Below are positions 8,733-10,643 of a DNA stretch of 10,643 nucleotides, piece after piece; within the stretch, counting starts at the first letter, position 1; every line of letters starts with the position of its first letter. This DNA is from Pseudomonadota bacterium (GTDB lineage: Bacteria > Bdellovibrionota_B > Oligoflexia > Oligoflexales > CAIYRB01), in NCBI GenBank assembly GCA_031416315.1, contig JANOTL010000083.1:1-10643 (forward strand). The letters run 5' to 3'. The notes under the pieces are model-generated. The model was not told the DNA's origin. It did not search any database and saw nothing but the letters and a program-made list of their open reading frames with translations. The position numbers were made by a program, and so were the translations under genes.

Positions 8733-9278
8733 ATGGCCATGCAACTCTCGAAGCAGGAAAAACAATACCTCGGCGCGGGCGCCGTGCTGTTCATCGTCTT
8801 CAGCGTCGTCTATGTCAAGTTCTTCTGGCTGCCGATCAAGGTGGCCAAGGAAGAGGCGACGGCGAAGATCGAGGCGATCGAGGCCAAGATCGTGAAGGCC
8901 AAGCAGCAGGCGGCCCGGCTCGAGCGTCTGCAGGCCGAGATCGCGAGCCTCAACGAGCGCGCGGCCGAGGCCGAGAAGAAGCTGCCGAAGACGAAGTCCG
9001 TGCCCGACATTCTTCTGTCCCTTTCCGCGCTCGCGCAAAAGAGCCGGGTGACCATTCAGAGCTTCGCTCCGGGCCCGCAGAAAACCCAGACTTATTTCAT
9101 CGAGCTGAACTATCCGTTGTCGATCCGCGGGTCGTACCACAACATCGGCCGTTTCCTGGCCGCGCTGTCGCTCGAGGAACGCATTTTCAACATCAAGGAC
9201 ATCAACTATCCGACGACGGACGCCAACGGCGAGATGACCGTGACGTTCACCTTGCTCTCGTACCAGTATAAAGGATGA
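8733..9278 (+). CDS. pilO: type IV pilus assembly protein PilO
   Basis: N-terminal TM helix, coiled coil, KLPKTKSVPDIL and YFIELNYPLSIRGSYHNIGRFLAALSLEERIFNI, typical of PilO. Confidence 0.92.
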   Translation: MAMQLSKQEKQYLGAGAVLFIVFSVVYVKFFWLPIKVAKEEATAKIEAIEAKIVKAKQQAARLERLQAEIASLNERAAEAEKKLPKTKSVPDILLSLSALAQKSRVTIQSFAPGPQKTQTYFIELNYPLSIRGSYHNIGRFLAALSLEERIFNIKDINYPTTDANGEMTVTFTLLSYQYKG

Positions 9279-9769
9279 TGATCACCACCATCGCTTTACT
9301 CCTCGCGACGTCCGGTCCCGCTTCGGCGGGGCCGGCGCCGTCGCCGGCCGCCGTCGCGGCCTCTACGAGCACCGCGCTGCCCTTAGGCGTCTCGACGCAG
9401 ACGGTCTCGACCATCTACACGGGCGATCGCTCGCGGGACCCCTTCATGCCGGCCGCGATGGGAGCCAAGTCCGCGCGCCGCGTCACCGACGAGAACAAAC
9501 CCGAAGGCCCCGAAGTCGTCGACATCCACGGAATGCAGCTTAAGGGCATTCTTAAGGACACGAAGATAGACTTCGCGTTGTTCTCCGCCGAGGCCGGCGG
9601 CTCCTACATTCTACGCGGCGGCAAGCTTTACAATGAGCGCAACAAGCAGGTCCCCGGCATCACCGGCAACATCAAAATAAAGCAGAAGACCGTGGAACTC
9701 ATCACCGCCGACAAGGACGTTCAGGTGTTCCGTCTCGGCGAGGAAGACAAAGAGAAGGAGAAGCGGTAG
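9275..9769 (+). CDS. pilP: PilP-like type IV pilus assembly protein (no lipobox)
   Basis: Located between pilO and pilQ with an ATGA overlap to pilO; hydrophobic N-terminus, low-complexity linker, RDPF motif and MQLKGIL...ALF beta-domain start. Confidence 0.72.
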   Translation: MMITTIALLLATSGPASAGPAPSPAAVAASTSTALPLGVSTQTVSTIYTGDRSRDPFMPAAMGAKSARRVTDENKPEGPEVVDIHGMQLKGILKDTKIDFALFSAEAGGSYILRGGKLYNERNKQVPGITGNIKIKQKTVELITADKDVQVFRLGEEDKEKEKR

Positions 9770-9782
9770 CCGCGGAGAATCT

Positions 9783-10643
9783 ATGATCAATCAATCCATG
9801 AAAAAAGCCCTGTCCGCGGCCCTCGCCGTCATCCTCGCGACCCCCGCGGGCGTCGTCCCGGCTTTCGCGGCGGACGCGGCGTCTCCGGCGGTGTTCCAGG
9901 GCATCACGGCGACGGATGACCTCGTCACGATCAAGCTCAGCACCTCCGTGATGTACAACAGCTTCCTGACGCAGACGCCGCCTCGCCTGGTGCTCGAACT
10001 GCTCGACACCAAACACGAAGGCCCGACGCAGTCCGCCAAGGGGAGGGGTCTGTTCCTCTCCGGCGTGCGCTCGAGCCAGTACGAAAAGACGCCGCGTCTG
10101 ATCACGCGCGTCGTGATGGACCTCGTGAAGATGGCGGGCTATAAGGTCGGCACGACGAAGGACGGCCTCACCGTCCAACTCGTCGGCTCCGTCGATGACG
10201 CTCCGACCTCCGCCGCGCCCGTCGCGCCGGCTCCGGTCGTCAAGCCGGTCGCCAAGCGCGCCGCCGCCGCGAAGGCTCAGGCCCCCGCTCCCGTGCCCGC
10301 CGCCGCGCCCGAGATGTCGGCCATCGACACTGCCGCCACCTCCGCCGCTCTCGCGCCGAGCATGAAGGCCGCCGACGCCGCTCCGAAGCCCAAGCCCCGC
10401 CTCAACATCACGGCCGCGCAGGCCATGAAGCGGGCCGGCCTCTCCGGAACCATGACCGAGGAACTGGCCGCCTCGGCCCAGGCCTCCGACATCACCAAGA
10501 CGAAGGTTGATCCCTCCGGAGAACCCGAGGAGGCGGACCGCACTACTCGCCCGGCCGGCGGACGCATCTTCCGCGACATCGTCAGCCGCTTGCCTCGCGA
10601 CATCGTGACCTTGGATTTCGACAACACCGACATCCGCGACGTC
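9783..10643 (+). CDS. pilQ: type IV pilus secretin PilQ, 5' part (runs off the window)
   Basis: Absent from the ORF track because it has no stop in the window. Translated by hand from ATG 9783 (GGAG RBS at 9774-9777): signal peptide MINQSMKKALSAALAVILATPAGVVPAFA, AMIN domain (YNSFLTQTPPRLVLELLDT...VRSSQY...TRVVMDL), a Pro/Ala/Lys linker, then secretin N0 start VTLDFDNTDIRDV at the window end. Confidence 0.88.
   Translation, partial: MINQSMKKALSAALAVILATPAGVVPAFAADAASPAVFQGITATDDLVTIKLSTSVMYNSFLTQTPPRLVLELLDTKHEGPTQSAKGRGLFLSGVRSSQYEKTPRLITRVVMDLVKMAGYKVGTTKDGLTVQLVGSVDDAPTSAAPVAPAPVVKPVAKRAAAAKAQAPAPVPAAAPEMSAIDTAATSAALAPSMKAADAAPKPKPRLNITAAQAMKRAGLSGTMTEELAASAQASDITKTKVDPSGEPEEADRTTRPAGGRIFRDIVSRLPRDIVTLDFDNTDIRDV

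Noticed and set aside
9702..10633. Minus-strand ORFs 9702..10178, 9791..10105 and 10277..10633
   Set aside because: Antisense to the pilQ reading frame, which is open from 9783 to the window end.

Overview
High-GC bacterial DNA with two divergently transcribed gene clusters separated by a ~200-bp intergenic region (6833-7033). The minus strand (6832 to 18) carries a tightly coupled 7-gene inositol-modification operon: HAD-IA phosphatase, nucleotidyltransferase, unusual ATP-grasp protein with ITPK1-like D-x-N/K signatures, class III aminotransferase, Gfo/Idh/MocA dehydrogenase, DIPPS-type CDP-alcohol phosphotransferase with a degenerate N-terminal NTP-transferase domain, and myo-inositol-1-phosphate synthase (ino1). 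The ino1 C-terminus breaks off abruptly at ~nt 45/46. The plus strand (7034 to the window end) carries the type IV pilus operon pilMNOPQ; pilQ is partial and missing from the ORF track. The intergenic region contains a near-consensus sigma70 promoter, an 11-bp-period direct repeat, a probable leaderless start and a terminator-like hairpin in the pilM leader. The best candidate for an undescribed system is the inositol operon, which may make an amino-inositol and/or phosphorylated-inositol lipid headgroup or solute. All calls come from motif recognition by eye; no searches were run.
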